Assembly: GCA_045605445.1 (NCBI GenBank)
Contig: JAZUPZ010000021.1
Coordinates: forward strand, 31,288 to 95,287
Direction: 5' to 3'
Length of the DNA stretch: 64,000 nt
From: Clostridia bacterium
GTDB taxonomy: Bacteria; Bacillota; Clostridia; RGIG6154
The notes under the pieces were generated by a model. The model did not search any database. It was not told the origin of the DNA and saw only the letters and a program-made list of their open reading frames with translations. Positions 49,600-60,302 of this stretch are shown in pieces. Numbering within the stretch: position 1 is the first letter of the stretch; each line of letters opens with the position of its first letter. Made by a program: the position numbers and the translations under genes.

Positions 49600-50752
49600 A
49601 TTTTTAAGTGTTCTGGGAAATTTTAAAAAGACTGGGGAAATATTAAACAGCAAGATTAAAAACAAAAGAAAATTTCTTTTGTTTCTTATCTCTGCCTTAA
49701 TCGTTATTTATCTTTTGATAAGCTTTTTGCCATATCTTATTTCTGTAATAGTAGGTCATCGTGTGGAAAATTCTGAAAATAACGCTGTGGCTGAAATATC
49801 TTCAAACGGAGAGTTGTGCGTACTTAATGATAATTTAATTCTATTTAATGCAAATGGTTTGCAGTATTATGATTTTAAAGGAAATCATAAACACGATATA
49901 TATTTTGATGCATATTCTCCTTATATGAACAAAAAAGGTAATGTTCTTGCTGCAGCAGATAAGGATGGAAAAAGTGCTGTTGTTATAGACGAAAATAAAG
50001 TGAAATATGTAATTAACGGTGATAAAGAAATTCAACTTATTTCCTCAAATGCTAATTCATATTCTTCAATAATAACCGGGGAAAAGGGTTATAAATCTCT
50101 CGTAGAGGTATATAACAATAAAGGTGAAAAGGTTTACGAATGGCACATAGGTGAGTATTATGCTGTTGATGCCTGTGTTACAACTAATAATAAGCATCTT
50201 GCGGTTCTTTGTGTGGGTATTGATAAAAACGACATAAATTCTCATATTGTTTTTCTTGATATTGAAAATAATGTTATAAGCGGCGAGTGTGAAATAAAAG
50301 GACAGCTTGCCTATAAAATGACTGTAGAAAATAATTGCGCATATGTACTTACCGATGGTGGAATCAGTTGTATTTCAAATACCGGTAAAGTAAAAAAAGA
50401 GTATAAGTTCTCCGGCAAAGAATTACTTGCATTTGACATATCAGATAAAAACCATATGGCTGTTGCACTTAATGATAACAACTCTCAGTCAGTGGTAGTT
50501 CTTTTGAATTCCGGGTTGAAAGAAATCGGCCGATGCAACATTCCTGTTCAGGCTACACTGCTGGATGCAGAGGAAGAGCAGGTTGCGGTGATTGGACAAA
50601 ATGAAATTTATGTTACGAACAAAAACAGAATATATGCAAAAGGCATTTTGTCTAATGATGTGGAATGTATAAAATTTTCAGAAAATAAAAAGCATATTGT
50701 AACATCAGACAAGAGTAGTATATGTATATACGATGTGAAGTTAGGAAGATAA
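49589..50752 (+). CDS. membrane-anchored beta-propeller-like hypothetical protein (DUF5711-like)
   Basis: One N-terminal TM segment then repeated beta-strand-rich units. Confidence 0.6.
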   Translation: MKNRFLSVLGNFKKTGEILNSKIKNKRKFLLFLISALIVIYLLISFLPYLISVIVGHRVENSENNAVAEISSNGELCVLNDNLILFNANGLQYYDFKGNHKHDIYFDAYSPYMNKKGNVLAAADKDGKSAVVIDENKVKYVINGDKEIQLISSNANSYSSIITGEKGYKSLVEVYNNKGEKVYEWHIGEYYAVDACVTTNNKHLAVLCVGIDKNDINSHIVFLDIENNVISGECEIKGQLAYKMTVENNCAYVLTDGGISCISNTGKVKKEYKFSGKELLAFDISDKNHMAVALNDNNSQSVVVLLNSGLKEIGRCNIPVQATLLDAEEEQVAVIGQNEIYVTNKNRIYAKGILSNDVECIKFSENKKHIVTSDKSSICIYDVKLGR

Positions 50753-50767
50753 ATGAGGAGGTTTTTT

Positions 50768-52021
50768 ATGACATCCGAAGAACTTGGTATTAAAACCCTT
50801 AGTGAATTACAGAAAATAGCAAAAGAAAAAAATATAAAGTCAGTATCTAAATATAAAAAGAGCGAATTAGTAGAATTGCTTGCGGATAAAGTTTCTGATG
50901 AAAGTGACACGGAGGAAAAAAACGACACTGAAGAAACCGGCGGTGTGCTTGAAGTACTTCCAGATGGATTTGGCTTTTTAAGAGGCCCCAACTATATTTC
51001 TACACCAAAAGATGTTTATGTATCCAATATGCAAATTAAGAGATTTAATTTGAAAACCGGAGATAAAGTTGTCGGAATTACAAGAGACACAAGGGAAGGC
51101 GAAAGATTTAAACCTTTGATTTTTGTGAAAACAGTTAATGGAGACATTCCTTATGTTGCCTTGCACAGAAAACCTTTTGAATATCTCACTCCGGTTTATC
51201 CTGATGAAAGAATAAATCTGTCATTTGAAAACGATTTGTCTATGCGAGTGGTGGACTTGTTTGCACCTTTAGGGAAAGGACAAAGAGGGCTTATCGTTGC
51301 ACCTCCAATGGCAGGAAAAACAACCCTGCTTAAAAAGATTGCAAATGCTGTAACAGCAGGATCTCCTGATACAGAACTAATTGTTCTTTTGATTGACGAA
51401 AGACCTGAAGAAGTTTCCGATATGCAGAAATCCATCAATGGTGATATAGTTTTTTCAACATTTGATCAGCTTCCGCAACATCATGTTAAGGTCGCGGAAA
51501 TTGTTCTTGAAAGAGCAAAACGAATTGCCGAACACGGGCGAAATGTTGTGATACTTATGGATTCACTTACCAGACTGACAAGAGCATATAATCTTGTAAG
51601 CGAATCTTCGGGAAGGACTCTTTCCGGTGGTATTGATCCTTGTGCTTTTCACGGTCCTAAAAAGTTTTTCGGTGCGGCAAGAAACATTGAAAACGGTGGT
51701 AGCATTACAATTCTGGCAACTGCCTTGGTTGATACGGGCAGCAGAATGGATGAAGTTATCTTTGAAGAGTTTAAAGGCACGGGCAATATGGAAATTCACC
51801 TTACAAGAAAACTTCAGGAACGTAGAATTTTTCCTGCAATAGATATTTACAAATCAGGAACAAGAAGAGAAGAACTTTTACTTAGCTCCAAGGAAAAATA
51901 TGCAGTTGATAAGATAAGAAGAAAAATGCACAGCGAACAGACGGAAGACGTAACGGAGAAAATAATAAATATGATGTGCAAAACAAAAAACAACGAAGAA
52001 TTTTTATCTTTGTTAAAATAG
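50768..52021 (+). CDS. rho: transcription termination factor Rho
   Basis: Rho_N helix, [35 protein letters not shown]. Confidence 0.97.
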   Translation: MTSEELGIKTLSELQKIAKEKNIKSVSKYKKSELVELLADKVSDESDTEEKNDTEETGGVLEVLPDGFGFLRGPNYISTPKDVYVSNMQIKRFNLKTGDKVVGITRDTREGERFKPLIFVKTVNGDIPYVALHRKPFEYLTPVYPDERINLSFENDLSMRVVDLFAPLGKGQRGLIVAPPMAGKTTLLKKIANAVTAGSPDTELIVLLIDERPEEVSDMQKSINGDIVFSTFDQLPQHHVKVAEIVLERAKRIAEHGRNVVILMDSLTRLTRAYNLVSESSGRTLSGGIDPCAFHGPKKFFGAARNIENGGSITILATALVDTGSRMDEVIFEEFKGTGNMEIHLTRKLQERRIFPAIDIYKSGTRREELLLSSKEKYAVDKIRRKMHSEQTEDVTEKIINMMCKTKNNEEFLSLLK

Positions 52022-52032
52022 TAATAAAATTC

Positions 52033-52068
52033 AAAAACTCACGTATAATTCAATAACGTGAGTTTTTT
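52033..52068 (+). terminator. terminator after rho
   Basis: AAAAACTCACGT/ACGTGAGTTTTT. Confidence 0.8.
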
Positions 52069-52081
52069 GGTGGTGATTTTT

Positions 52082-52342
52082 TTGTACAAGGCATCAGATT
52101 TCAGACAAAAAGAGGTAATAAATATATACGACGGTCAAAGACTTGGTTTTGTCTGTGATGTGGATATAGATATGACAAACGGAAAACTTAATTCAATAAT
52201 AGTCCCCGGTAGTGGAAAGTTTCTGGGAATATTCGGAAAAACCGAAGACTATGTTATTCCGTGGCATAATATAAAAACAATAGGAGAGGACATTATTCTT
52301 GTTGACTTTCCTCTTCGATCTCCAAATAAGAAAGATTTCTGA
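52082..52342 (+). CDS. YlmC/YmxH family sporulation protein (PRC barrel)
   Basis: SDFRQKEVINIYDGQRLGFV.DVDID, IPWHNIKTIGEDIILV; probable TTG start. Confidence 0.9.
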   Translation: MYKASDFRQKEVINIYDGQRLGFVCDVDIDMTNGKLNSIIVPGSGKFLGIFGKTEDYVIPWHNIKTIGEDIILVDFPLRSPNKKDF

Positions 52343-53078
52343 TTAAAATTTGCTTACCTCTCCACGAAAAGGCTCTGTCTTTATATTGTTCTTTGAATTG
52401 TTTGTTTGAAATATTCAAAAAGTCATTTTTGTGAAGTTTAGTTGTAAGATTTTCTTTAAATTCGCTAAAAGGGGTTACTTTTCCCCGGTTAAAAGGACAT
52501 ACTTTTTGACAAATGTCGCAGCCAAAGGCATATTTCGTTTCTTTAATCAGTTCTATTTCCTGAGTGCTCAACTCTTTTTTGCTTTGAGTTAATGAAGAAA
52601 CACAGCTGTTGAAATTGCTCGACGATAAAGCTTTTGATGGGCAGGCGTTTATACATCTGTTGCAGTTAAGACATTTTGTTTTGACAGGTAAATCCGGCTC
52701 AAATTCGGTGTTTGTAATTATGTATCCTATGAAAACGTAAGAACCGTATTCTTCGTTTATAAGTAATCGGTTTTTTCCAATAAAACCAAGGCCAGCGCGC
52801 CAGGCAATGTCTATGTCATTATAGGGGCTGACATCAGTATAAATTGTATATTCAAAATCCGATATTTCACTTTTTATAAATTGTGAAATTTTTTCAAGAT
52901 AATCTTTAATTACAAGGTGATAGTCCTTTCCGTAAGCATATATAGATAAGTTGGAGTTTTCTTCATATTTGCAAAAATAGGGAAAAAGAAATACAATGGC
53001 ATTTTTTTGGTCCACTTTCGTGAATCCACAATATTCGATTCCTATTTTTTTAGCATATTCTTTGATTTTCTTCTTCAT
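52293..53078 (-). CDS. queG: epoxyqueuosine reductase QueG-like Fe-S protein
   Basis: GKDYH, AGLGFIGKN, CLNCNRCINACP, GCDICQKVCP. Confidence 0.8.
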   Translation of the reverse strand: MKKKIKEYAKKIGIEYCGFTKVDQKNAIVFLFPYFCKYEENSNLSIYAYGKDYHLVIKDYLEKISQFIKSEISDFEYTIYTDVSPYNDIDIAWRAGLGFIGKNRLLINEEYGSYVFIGYIITNTEFEPDLPVKTKCLNCNRCINACPSKALSSSNFNSCVSSLTQSKKELSTQEIELIKETKYAFGCDICQKVCPFNRGKVTPFSEFKENLTTKLHKNDFLNISNKQFKEQYKDRAFSWRGKQILIRNLSYLEIEEESQQE

Positions 53079-53823
53079 CGTTCTCACTCTGATTATTTGC
53101 CGCAACTACGGCAACGTAAATTTTTCTTACTCCCATTTGTTTCAGAATTTTACAACACTCGTCACAGGTTGAACCGGTTGTGTATACATCATCAACAAAT
53201 AAAATATTATCTTCCGGAATGGGAAGAGCAGGGGCAATTGCGCCCTTTATATTTGTTTTTCTTTCCTTTTCGTCTAAAATGCTCTGAGGTTTTGTGTTCT
53301 TAATTTTTTTAAGAGCATTTCTGTAAGGTATACCGCTGATTTTTGAAATGTATTTGCAAATAAGCTCTGTTTGGTTATATCCTCTTTCTATGCGCCTTTT
53401 CCTCGAAACAGGTGCCGGTACAATGAGCTTTATAGTGTCTTTTATATCGGTTTGAATCATTCTTTCGTATATAAAAGTGCCGAAAATTTCTGCGATAATA
53501 GGTCTTTTGTGAAATTTTAAATTTATAATTCCGTTTCTTATATGTCCGTTGTAAGAAAAGGGAGCTATCAAAAATTCAAATTTATATTTTTCTTTTGAAC
53601 AATATGGGCAATAGGGCGCTTTTACCATTATGTCCTGTGGCTTTCCGCATTCTTCACAAAAATTAAGCTCAAGTTTTTTAAGCTCAGCCTTGCATGAATT
53701 ACAAATCCATGGCCTTGGAGTATCAATCCGCAGAACTTCATTGCAACTAAAGCATTTTGGTGGAAATAGAAACCTAAAAAAATATTCGCTTAGTCTCGTA
53801 TCAATTTCTCCTTTAAACCGCAA
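53050..53823 (-). CDS. comF: ComF family protein (double zinc ribbon plus PRTase)
   Basis: FPPKCFSC, CEECG, RGYNQ, VDDVYTTGST; start uncertain. Confidence 0.88.
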   Translation of the reverse strand: MRFKGEIDTRLSEYFFRFLFPPKCFSCNEVLRIDTPRPWICNSCKAELKKLELNFCEECGKPQDIMVKAPYCPYCSKEKYKFEFLIAPFSYNGHIRNGIINLKFHKRPIIAEIFGTFIYERMIQTDIKDTIKLIVPAPVSRKRRIERGYNQTELICKYISKISGIPYRNALKKIKNTKPQSILDEKERKTNIKGAIAPALPIPEDNILFVDDVYTTGSTCDECCKILKQMGVRKIYVAVVAANNQSENDEEENQRIC

Positions 53824-55979
53824 AATCTTTTAATTTCGCTGTTATTTTTTATCATTTTTTCTAAAACATCATAGTGTCCAACAAGAACAACGAGTTTTTT
53901 TGCTCTTGTTATTGCTGTATATAACAAATTTCTGCTCATAATAGAGTATGAGCCGGGATATACAGGCATTATCACGATTGGGAATTCGCTTCCTTGACTT
54001 TTATGTATGGTTGTGGCATATGCAGGCTCAATGTCAGAAAGAAAGTGAAAATTGTATTCAACCTTTTTGTTTTCGTCAAAAATAATTTCCATACTTTCGT
54101 ATTCTTCGCCAATTGATTCGATTCGGCCGATTTCTCCGTTAAATAATCCGGAGCCCGTTGAACTTTCGGTTTCCCATTCAATATCATAATTGTTGCGTAT
54201 CTGCATTACTTTATCATTTGTTCTGTATATATTGGAACCGGTGTGTTTTTCTTTTTTGTGAGAAGCGGGAGGGTTGAGAACCTCTCTGAGCGCCTGATTC
54301 AGAACATTTACACCAACTGCATTTTTTCTCATGGGAGTTAGAACCTGAATATCTGATATGGGGTTAACTCCATAGGTTGCGGGAAGTCTTTTTGTGCATA
54401 ACTCTGTAATGGTGCTTATTATTTCCTCAGGGGTATTTCGTTTTAAAAAGAAAAAATCTTTAGTTTTAATATTACATTCGGGCATAAGTCCACGATTAAC
54501 TTTATGAGCATTTACAACAATCATACTTTCTTTTGCCTGACGGAAAATTTCAGTTAGTTTAATTGTTTTAACTGTATTACTGTTAATTATATCTCTTAAT
54601 ACGTTTCCGGGACCTACTGAGGGAAGCTGATCAGCATCACCTACCAGAATAAGCGTGCTTCCATTCTTAATCGCTTTTAACAGGCTGTTGAAAAGAAGTA
54701 TGTCAATCATCGATGCTTCGTCAACAATGATAACATCAGCATCAATCGGGTTGCTTTCGTTTTTTTCGAAAGAATTTTTGTTGTCCGTTGAAAAACTGAT
54801 TTCAAGTAAGCGGTGAAGAGTTTTTGCTTCTTTGCCTGTCACCTCCGACATTCTTTTTGCGGCACGACCGGTGGGGGCAGCAAGTACAATTTTTAATCCT
54901 TTGCTTTCAAGCGCTACAATAATTGAGTTGATTACGGTTGTTTTTCCGGTGCCGGGGCCTCCTGTTATTACAAGGGCGGGGAGAGTAAAAGCAGAATGTA
55001 TAGCTTCTTTCTGCATTTCTTCAAGTTTTATATTACATATTTTTTCTGTTTTTTCTATTATTTTATCAAAATCAAAATCTATATTTTTGCAAGCACTGTT
55101 TACAAGGTTTTTCAGGCGAACGGCTGCATTGCTTTCGCAAATATGAAGCGGATACAAATAGATAGCCTCAGTATCTTTGATTAGCTCTGAAACTAATTCT
55201 TTTTCGATTATTAGTTGTTTTATAGCATTTAAAACACTTTCTTCGTTGCATTCTAAAATAGAACAGGCTTTTGGAACAAGCATATTTTTAGGATAATAAG
55301 TGTTTCCGTATGCAGAAGCTTCGTTCAAAACAAATTTAACTCCGGCCTTAATTCTTTCCGGATTACTTTTCTCAAAGCCCAGATCAGAAGCAAGATTATC
55401 AGCGGTTTTAAAACCTATACCTTCGATTTTTTGCGCAAGAAGATACGGATTTGCTTTGATTTTTTTAACAGCTTCTGAACCTAAAATTTTATGTATTTTC
55501 CCTGTGTGTGATATCGAGATATTGTGCGACTGCAGAAACATTACGAGATTTTTTATGCCAAATTGTAAAATATATCTACTGTTTATTTCATAGGCTTTTT
55601 TCAGACTGATACCTTTTATTTCAGAAAGCTTTTCAGGGGCATTTTCTATTATGGAAAGAGCATCTTCTCCAAAAGTATCTACTATTTTTTTAGCCGATGC
55701 AGGGCCTATTCCCTTAATCAATCCTGATGCTAAATATTTGTATATGCTGTCTGTAGATGTGGGAGGTGTTTTTGAAAAAGCAGCAACCTGGAATTGTTCT
55801 CCGTAAATATTATGAGAAACGAAAGTACCTGTAAGAGTTACTGTTTCTCCGGGCGATATATAAAACATTGTGCCTGTGGCAGTTATGAGCTTCCCTTCGG
55901 AATCAATATCACAGACACAATATCCGTTTTCGTCATTATAAAAAATTATTTCTTCTACGCTACCGGTAATTACTTCCAT
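53790..55979 (-). CDS. recD2: ATP-dependent RecD-like helicase
   Basis: GIKGIG HhH, TGGPGTGKT, APTGRAAKR, VDEASM, YATTIHKSQGSEF. Confidence 0.95.
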   Translation of the reverse strand: MEVITGSVEEIIFYNDENGYCVCDIDSEGKLITATGTMFYISPGETVTLTGTFVSHNIYGEQFQVAAFSKTPPTSTDSIYKYLASGLIKGIGPASAKKIVDTFGEDALSIIENAPEKLSEIKGISLKKAYEINSRYILQFGIKNLVMFLQSHNISISHTGKIHKILGSEAVKKIKANPYLLAQKIEGIGFKTADNLASDLGFEKSNPERIKAGVKFVLNEASAYGNTYYPKNMLVPKACSILECNEESVLNAIKQLIIEKELVSELIKDTEAIYLYPLHICESNAAVRLKNLVNSACKNIDFDFDKIIEKTEKICNIKLEEMQKEAIHSAFTLPALVITGGPGTGKTTVINSIIVALESKGLKIVLAAPTGRAAKRMSEVTGKEAKTLHRLLEISFSTDNKNSFEKNESNPIDADVIIVDEASMIDILLFNSLLKAIKNGSTLILVGDADQLPSVGPGNVLRDIINSNTVKTIKLTEIFRQAKESMIVVNAHKVNRGLMPECNIKTKDFFFLKRNTPEEIISTITELCTKRLPATYGVNPISDIQVLTPMRKNAVGVNVLNQALREVLNPPASHKKEKHTGSNIYRTNDKVMQIRNNYDIEWETESSTGSGLFNGEIGRIESIGEEYESMEIIFDENKKVEYNFHFLSDIEPAYATTIHKSQGSEFPIVIMPVYPGSYSIMSRNLLYTAITRAKKLVVLVGHYDVLEKMIKNNSEIKRFCGLKEKLIRD

Positions 55980-56277
55980 AATTTTTCTGTATTTCCTCCG
56001 TTAATTGTTGTGTGTTTACTATATGTATATTTTGGAAATGCTTATTGTAAAAAGCTTCTTTTTCTATTCTTTCCTCAGATAGAATATAAATTCGAAAAGG
56101 AAAACCTTTTAAAATACTTGTTAATTCGTAAAGTCTCTTTTGGAGTTCTTTTTCAGGAACAACAATAAAAACGTTACTGTTTCTTGTGTTTGTTAATGTT
56201 ATAATCTGCCATATCAGCAATATAAATTCCGATATTCCGAAAATCAGAAAAAAGTAAACTAAAATTTTAAATATCAT
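55960..56277 (-). CDS. hypothetical protein with N-terminal TM segment
   Basis: 105-aa ORF, GAGGA RBS, overlaps the recD2 start. Confidence 0.65.
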   Translation of the reverse strand: MIFKILVYFFLIFGISEFILLIWQIITLTNTRNSNVFIVVPEKELQKRLYELTSILKGFPFRIYILSEERIEKEAFYNKHFQNIHIVNTQQLTEEIQKNYGSNYR

Positions 56278-56324
56278 AATAACACTTCCTCGTGTTAATA
56301 GGATATTCTGAATTTGAGAATTAG

Positions 56325-57158
56325 TTACTTTTCTAACAAGCAGTCGTAAACAATACGTTTTTGTATTCCGAAAAACTGCGCAGTCATTTTGGTTGCAGTT
56401 TTTTTGTCAATGCCGCTGTTTATCAGTTCGTATGCTTTGTCTGTTATCATTTCGGGAGTTATTTCTTTTTCGGTATCTTTTTTTTGATAACCTGATACAA
56501 CGATAACAAATTCACCTTTGGGCTGATTTTCATTAAAAATAGTCAAAGATTCTTCCAGCGTGGTATGTATAACGGTTTCGTGAATCTTTGTTATTTCTTT
56601 CACAAGAGCAATTTCACGGTTTCCAAATGCTTCATAAAGGTCTTTTAGTGTAGTCTTTAATTTGTGCGGAGCTTCGTAAAAAATCAGTGTATGTGAAAAT
56701 TCTTTTATTTCCTCCAGATGCTTTTTCCTGGAGGGCTTGTTTACAGAAAGAAAACCTTCAAAAGAAAATCTGCCTGTCGGCAATCCTGATACTATGAGCG
56801 CCTGAATGAAAGCGCATGGACCCGGAACGGGAATAACCCGGATTCCTTTTTCGTTACATATTTTGACAAGATCTTCTCCCGGGTCAGAAATGGCAGGCGT
56901 ACCGGCATCGGAAACAAGTGCACAGCTTTCTCCATTTTGTATTCTTTCTGCGATAACTGTACCTTTTTCTCTTTTGTTATGCTCATAGTAGCTTATCATT
57001 GTTTTTTTTATATCAAAATGATTTAACAACTTTAAAGTTTGTCTCGTATCTTCTGCTGCTATAAAGTCTACGTTTTTTAAAGTTTCAAGTGCTCTCTCTG
57101 AAATGTCATGCAGATTACCTATGGGAGTTGCAACGAGATATAAGCAATTTTCGTTCAC
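56325..57158 (-). CDS. rsmI: 16S rRNA (cytidine-2'-O)-methyltransferase
   Basis: LYLVATPIGNL, AAEDTR, SDAGTPAISDPG, YEAPH. Confidence 0.96.
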   Translation of the reverse strand: MNENCLYLVATPIGNLHDISERALETLKNVDFIAAEDTRQTLKLLNHFDIKKTMISYYEHNKREKGTVIAERIQNGESCALVSDAGTPAISDPGEDLVKICNEKGIRVIPVPGPCAFIQALIVSGLPTGRFSFEGFLSVNKPSRKKHLEEIKEFSHTLIFYEAPHKLKTTLKDLYEAFGNREIALVKEITKIHETVIHTTLEESLTIFNENQPKGEFVIVVSGYQKKDTEKEITPEMITDKAYELINSGIDKKTATKMTAQFFGIQKRIVYDCLLEK

Positions 57159-57892
57159 TTCAATCTTCCTTTCGTTTTTTTGTAAAGTTGCGATATATTG
57201 GCAGTATAGTTTCCGTGTTCATCGTAAATATATAAAGGCTCAAGATTTTTTAGTTCTACGCCTCCGTTTTTAATGCCTTCAATAAGAATGAGGCAGGGAG
57301 GGGTGTTTATTCTCGAATAAACCATTTGAAGCCTCTTAGGTTCTATGTTGTTAATTTTCATAAGATAGATTATTTCTGCAAGTCTTTCGGGTTTGTGAAC
57401 CAGTGCAAGTTTCCCTTTGCTTTTAAGAAGTGAATAAGACCTTTGAATTATATCTTCGAGTGTACATTTAATTTCGTGTCTTGCAATGGCAACAGGGGTA
57501 TTTTCATTTTTAATTCCGTTTCCTACGGGTTTGTACGGAGGGTTACAGGTTATATAGTCAAAAGAGTCCTTAGGTAAAATATTATTTGTATTTATATCTC
57601 CGTTTATAATTTCTATAATATCTTCAATCTTGTTTAAGGATACGTTTTCTTTTGCAAGCTCAGCAGATTGGGGTTGTATTTCCAGACCGGTGATTTTTTT
57701 TGCGTACACTTTTGCAGACAGCAGGACAGGAATGATTCCGTTTCCTGTTCCTATGTCGAGTATGTTACTGTTTTTTTTCGGAGAAGCAAAATTTGCAAGA
57801 AGAACTGCATCTGTACCGAAACAGAACAGGTCTTTATCTTGTTTCAGCTTAAGATTGTTAATTTGCAAATCATCAATTCTGTAATTGCTCAT
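57155..57892 (-). CDS. tRNA1(Val) (adenine37-N6)-methyltransferase (YabB-like)
   Basis: FGTDAVLL, LDIGTGNG, CNPPY, ARHE. Confidence 0.9.
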   Translation of the reverse strand: MSNYRIDDLQINNLKLKQDKDLFCFGTDAVLLANFASPKKNSNILDIGTGNGIIPVLLSAKVYAKKITGLEIQPQSAELAKENVSLNKIEDIIEIINGDINTNNILPKDSFDYITCNPPYKPVGNGIKNENTPVAIARHEIKCTLEDIIQRSYSLLKSKGKLALVHKPERLAEIIYLMKINNIEPKRLQMVYSRINTPPCLILIEGIKNGGVELKNLEPLYIYDEHGNYTANISQLYKKTKGRLK

Positions 57893-57981
57893 TTAAATCC
57901 TCTTATCATAAATAATTATTCACCTTGAGTTTACCATATTTAAGCCAAAATATCAACTTTTTATTAAAGTAAAAAGAAAAA

Positions 57982-58010
57982 GAGGTGTATGATTATTAAT
58001 CATACACCTC
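57982..58010 (-). terminator. terminator downstream of ferredoxin
   Basis: GAGGTGTATGATTA/TAATCATACACCTC 14-bp stem, with T run on the minus strand. Confidence 0.85.
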
Positions 58011-58025
58011 AAGGTAGAATACTAA

Positions 58026-58196
58026 TTATTCAGCAACAGGAGCGCCAACAGGACATACACCTGCACAAGCACCGCAATCCAAACATGCGTCTGCGTTGAT
58101 TTCGTATTTACCATCACCTGCTGAAATAGCTGCTACAGGGCATTCACCTTCGCAAGCACCACAGCTGATGCAATCATCGTTAATTTTGTAAGCCAT
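58026..58196 (-). CDS. fdx: 2[4Fe-4S] clostridial ferredoxin, 56 aa (not in ORF track)
   Basis: MAYKINDDCISCGACEGECPVAAISAGDGKYEINADACLDCGACAGVCPVGAPVAE*; AGGAGGTG RBS. Confidence 0.97.
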   Translation of the reverse strand: MAYKINDDCISCGACEGECPVAAISAGDGKYEINADACLDCGACAGVCPVGAPVAE

Positions 58197-58269
58197 CTAT
58201 AACACCTCCTCTTATTGATACTTATATTCTATCACAAAATTTATATTTTGCAAGAGTAATTTATGATTA

Positions 58270-59133
58270 TTATTCTAAATCTTTCAACATTTTCATTTCT
58301 GAAGCACTTACTTTAACTTCTGCGGGCTTTAATATTTTCACATCGTCAACAGAAAACTGTTTGTAGGTGATATCGTCGCCGTTTTTAAATGCTATTTTTA
58401 ACAAGCCTTTTAACAAATTAACCTCTGAAACATTTCCTCTTCCGTCTGGGGTTTCAACGTATGAACCGACAGATGGCGTGTTCTTCAGTAAATCTTCGTA
58501 AGCTTCCTGTTCATATTTAAGACAGCACATAAGACGCGAACAGGTGCCGGAAATTTTAGTAGGATTAAGAGAAAGGTTTTGTTCTTTCGCCATTTTAATA
58601 GAAACCGGCTCAAATCCTCCGAGATGAGAAGCACAACAAAGCTTTCTTCCGCATATGCCGAGCCCACCTATGATTTTTGCTTCGTCTCTTACTCCTATTT
58701 GTCTGAGTTCGATTCTTGTTTTGAACACAGAAGCAAGATCTTTTACAAGCTCTCTGAAATCAACTCTGCCGTCAGATGTGAAATAAAAAAGAATTTTGCT
58801 TTGGTCAAAGGTGTATTCAACATCTATAAGTTTCATTTCAAGATTATGTTTCTGGATTTTTTCAACACAAATTTTATAAGCTTCTTTTTCTTTCTCTTTG
58901 TTTGTTTCTGCCTGCTGAATTTCTTTTTCTGTAGCAACTCTTAATACCGGTTTTAACGGAGAAACAATTTTACTGTCGTCAATTTCCTTGTTCCCAGAAA
59001 CAACTTCACCTATTTCGATACCTCTGGCAGTTTCTACAATTATAGCCGTGCCGGCTCTTAATTTATAGCCTGCAGGGTCAAAATAATAAAGTTTACCGTT
59101 TTTTTTGAATCTAATTTCAACTATTTCTATCAT
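58270..59133 (-). CDS. ricT: PSP1-domain protein RicT/YaaT
   Basis: RVDFRELVKDL, RIELRQIGVRDE, GICGRKLCC, KISGTCSRLMCCL. Confidence 0.93.
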   Translation of the reverse strand: MIEIVEIRFKKNGKLYYFDPAGYKLRAGTAIIVETARGIEIGEVVSGNKEIDDSKIVSPLKPVLRVATEKEIQQAETNKEKEKEAYKICVEKIQKHNLEMKLIDVEYTFDQSKILFYFTSDGRVDFRELVKDLASVFKTRIELRQIGVRDEAKIIGGLGICGRKLCCASHLGGFEPVSIKMAKEQNLSLNPTKISGTCSRLMCCLKYEQEAYEDLLKNTPSVGSYVETPDGRGNVSEVNLLKGLLKIAFKNGDDITYKQFSVDDVKILKPAEVKVSASEMKMLKDLE

Positions 59134-60124
59134 GAATGTCCTCCCATATTGATATAAGCGTAGTGGTAACACTCAGTTTGAGCGCAGAGTTTTTCTTTTG
59201 ATTTTCAAGGACAGTACTTAATGCAGATGAAAAATTTTCTATGTTACGTACAGAAAATTTGCTGCTGAGTTTTTCTAACTCACTGTATAAGTCACTGTTT
59301 ATAATTGCATTTTTACTAAGACCATTTTTTAAAAAAAGTATATCTCTCAGAAAAAGATGAATGTAATTTATGTCGGAAGTTAATTTTTCTTTATCTTCGG
59401 TGAGATATTTTGAAAAATCGAAAATTACAGACTTTTCCCGTAATGTTAATTGATTGAGAAAGGTGAGAATTCTTTTTCTTCGGTCAAAATCACAGTCGTT
59501 TTGTATAAATTGTTCTGCACCGTTAGGATCACCTTCGCAATAGGTAGCCGCAAAACGTGCCATTTCTCTTTTGCCCGGATATTTGATATACAGATATTCA
59601 GCCACCTGGTCTTTGTCAGGCTGTTTTACGGAAAATTTTTTCAATCTTGACAGAACCGTAGGGAGGAGCTCCTCCTCTTTATTAACAATCAGAATAATTA
59701 TTCCGTATTCCGGGGGCTGCTCAAGAATTTTCAGCAGAGCATTTTGAGCCTCAGTTGTAAGTTTGTATGCTTCTTCGAAAACAAAGATTTTATACTCGGA
59801 ATTACAAGGCTTGATATAAATCTGATTTATAACTTCTCGGATTTCATTTACCCCAATGCTGTTTTTTTTCGCCGTTATAATAAACTTGTCCGGATGACTT
59901 CCTGCCGCTGTTTTTGTACAGTTACTGCATTTTAAGCAAGCGTTCCCGTTTACGGGTTCTTTGCATAAAATTGAGTCGGCTGTGGCATTGGCAAGCATTA
60001 TACCGGTTGAAACATCTGAGGAAAAAAGAATAGCATGTCCAAGTGTTTTGGTTTTGATACTGTTTTTTAAATTGGCACTAATGTCTTCCTGCCATTTGAT
60101 TGTATTAAAATTCACAATAACCAT
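59117..60124 (-). CDS. holB: DNA polymerase III delta' subunit
   Basis: Zn module C...CLKCSNC, HPD, IGVNEIR, AQNALLKILEQPP, LPTVLSR; upstream of ricT. Confidence 0.88.
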   Translation of the reverse strand: MVIVNFNTIKWQEDISANLKNSIKTKTLGHAILFSSDVSTGIMLANATADSILCKEPVNGNACLKCSNCTKTAAGSHPDKFIITAKKNSIGVNEIREVINQIYIKPCNSEYKIFVFEEAYKLTTEAQNALLKILEQPPEYGIIILIVNKEEELLPTVLSRLKKFSVKQPDKDQVAEYLYIKYPGKREMARFAATYCEGDPNGAEQFIQNDCDFDRRKRILTFLNQLTLREKSVIFDFSKYLTEDKEKLTSDINYIHLFLRDILFLKNGLSKNAIINSDLYSELEKLSSKFSVRNIENFSSALSTVLENQKKNSALKLSVTTTLISIWEDIHDRNS

Positions 60125-60255
60125 ACCTTTCAGCAATCCATTTAATTATACATTTAAAAACATTGTTTGTCAATAATGCAGTAATTGTATAAATTATGGA
60201 CAGATTTCCAATAGAGACACAGATAATTTTATTACCCTTATATCGTCTTTTTTCG

Positions 60256-60284
60256 TTGACAAAACCTTTTTATAGATGTAAAAT
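60256..60284 (+). promoter_or_regulatory. sigma-A promoter for pcrA
   Basis: TTGACA-17-TAAAAT. Confidence 0.75.
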
Positions 60285-60302
60285 TTATATTATAAATATA
60301 TT

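Noticed and set aside
52293-52342. 50-bp convergent overlap of ylmC and queG-like 3' ends
   Set aside because: Short tail overlaps are common; no further signal
59980-60050. Degenerate Walker A in holB
   Set aside because: Delta' subunits are non-catalytic and often diverge here
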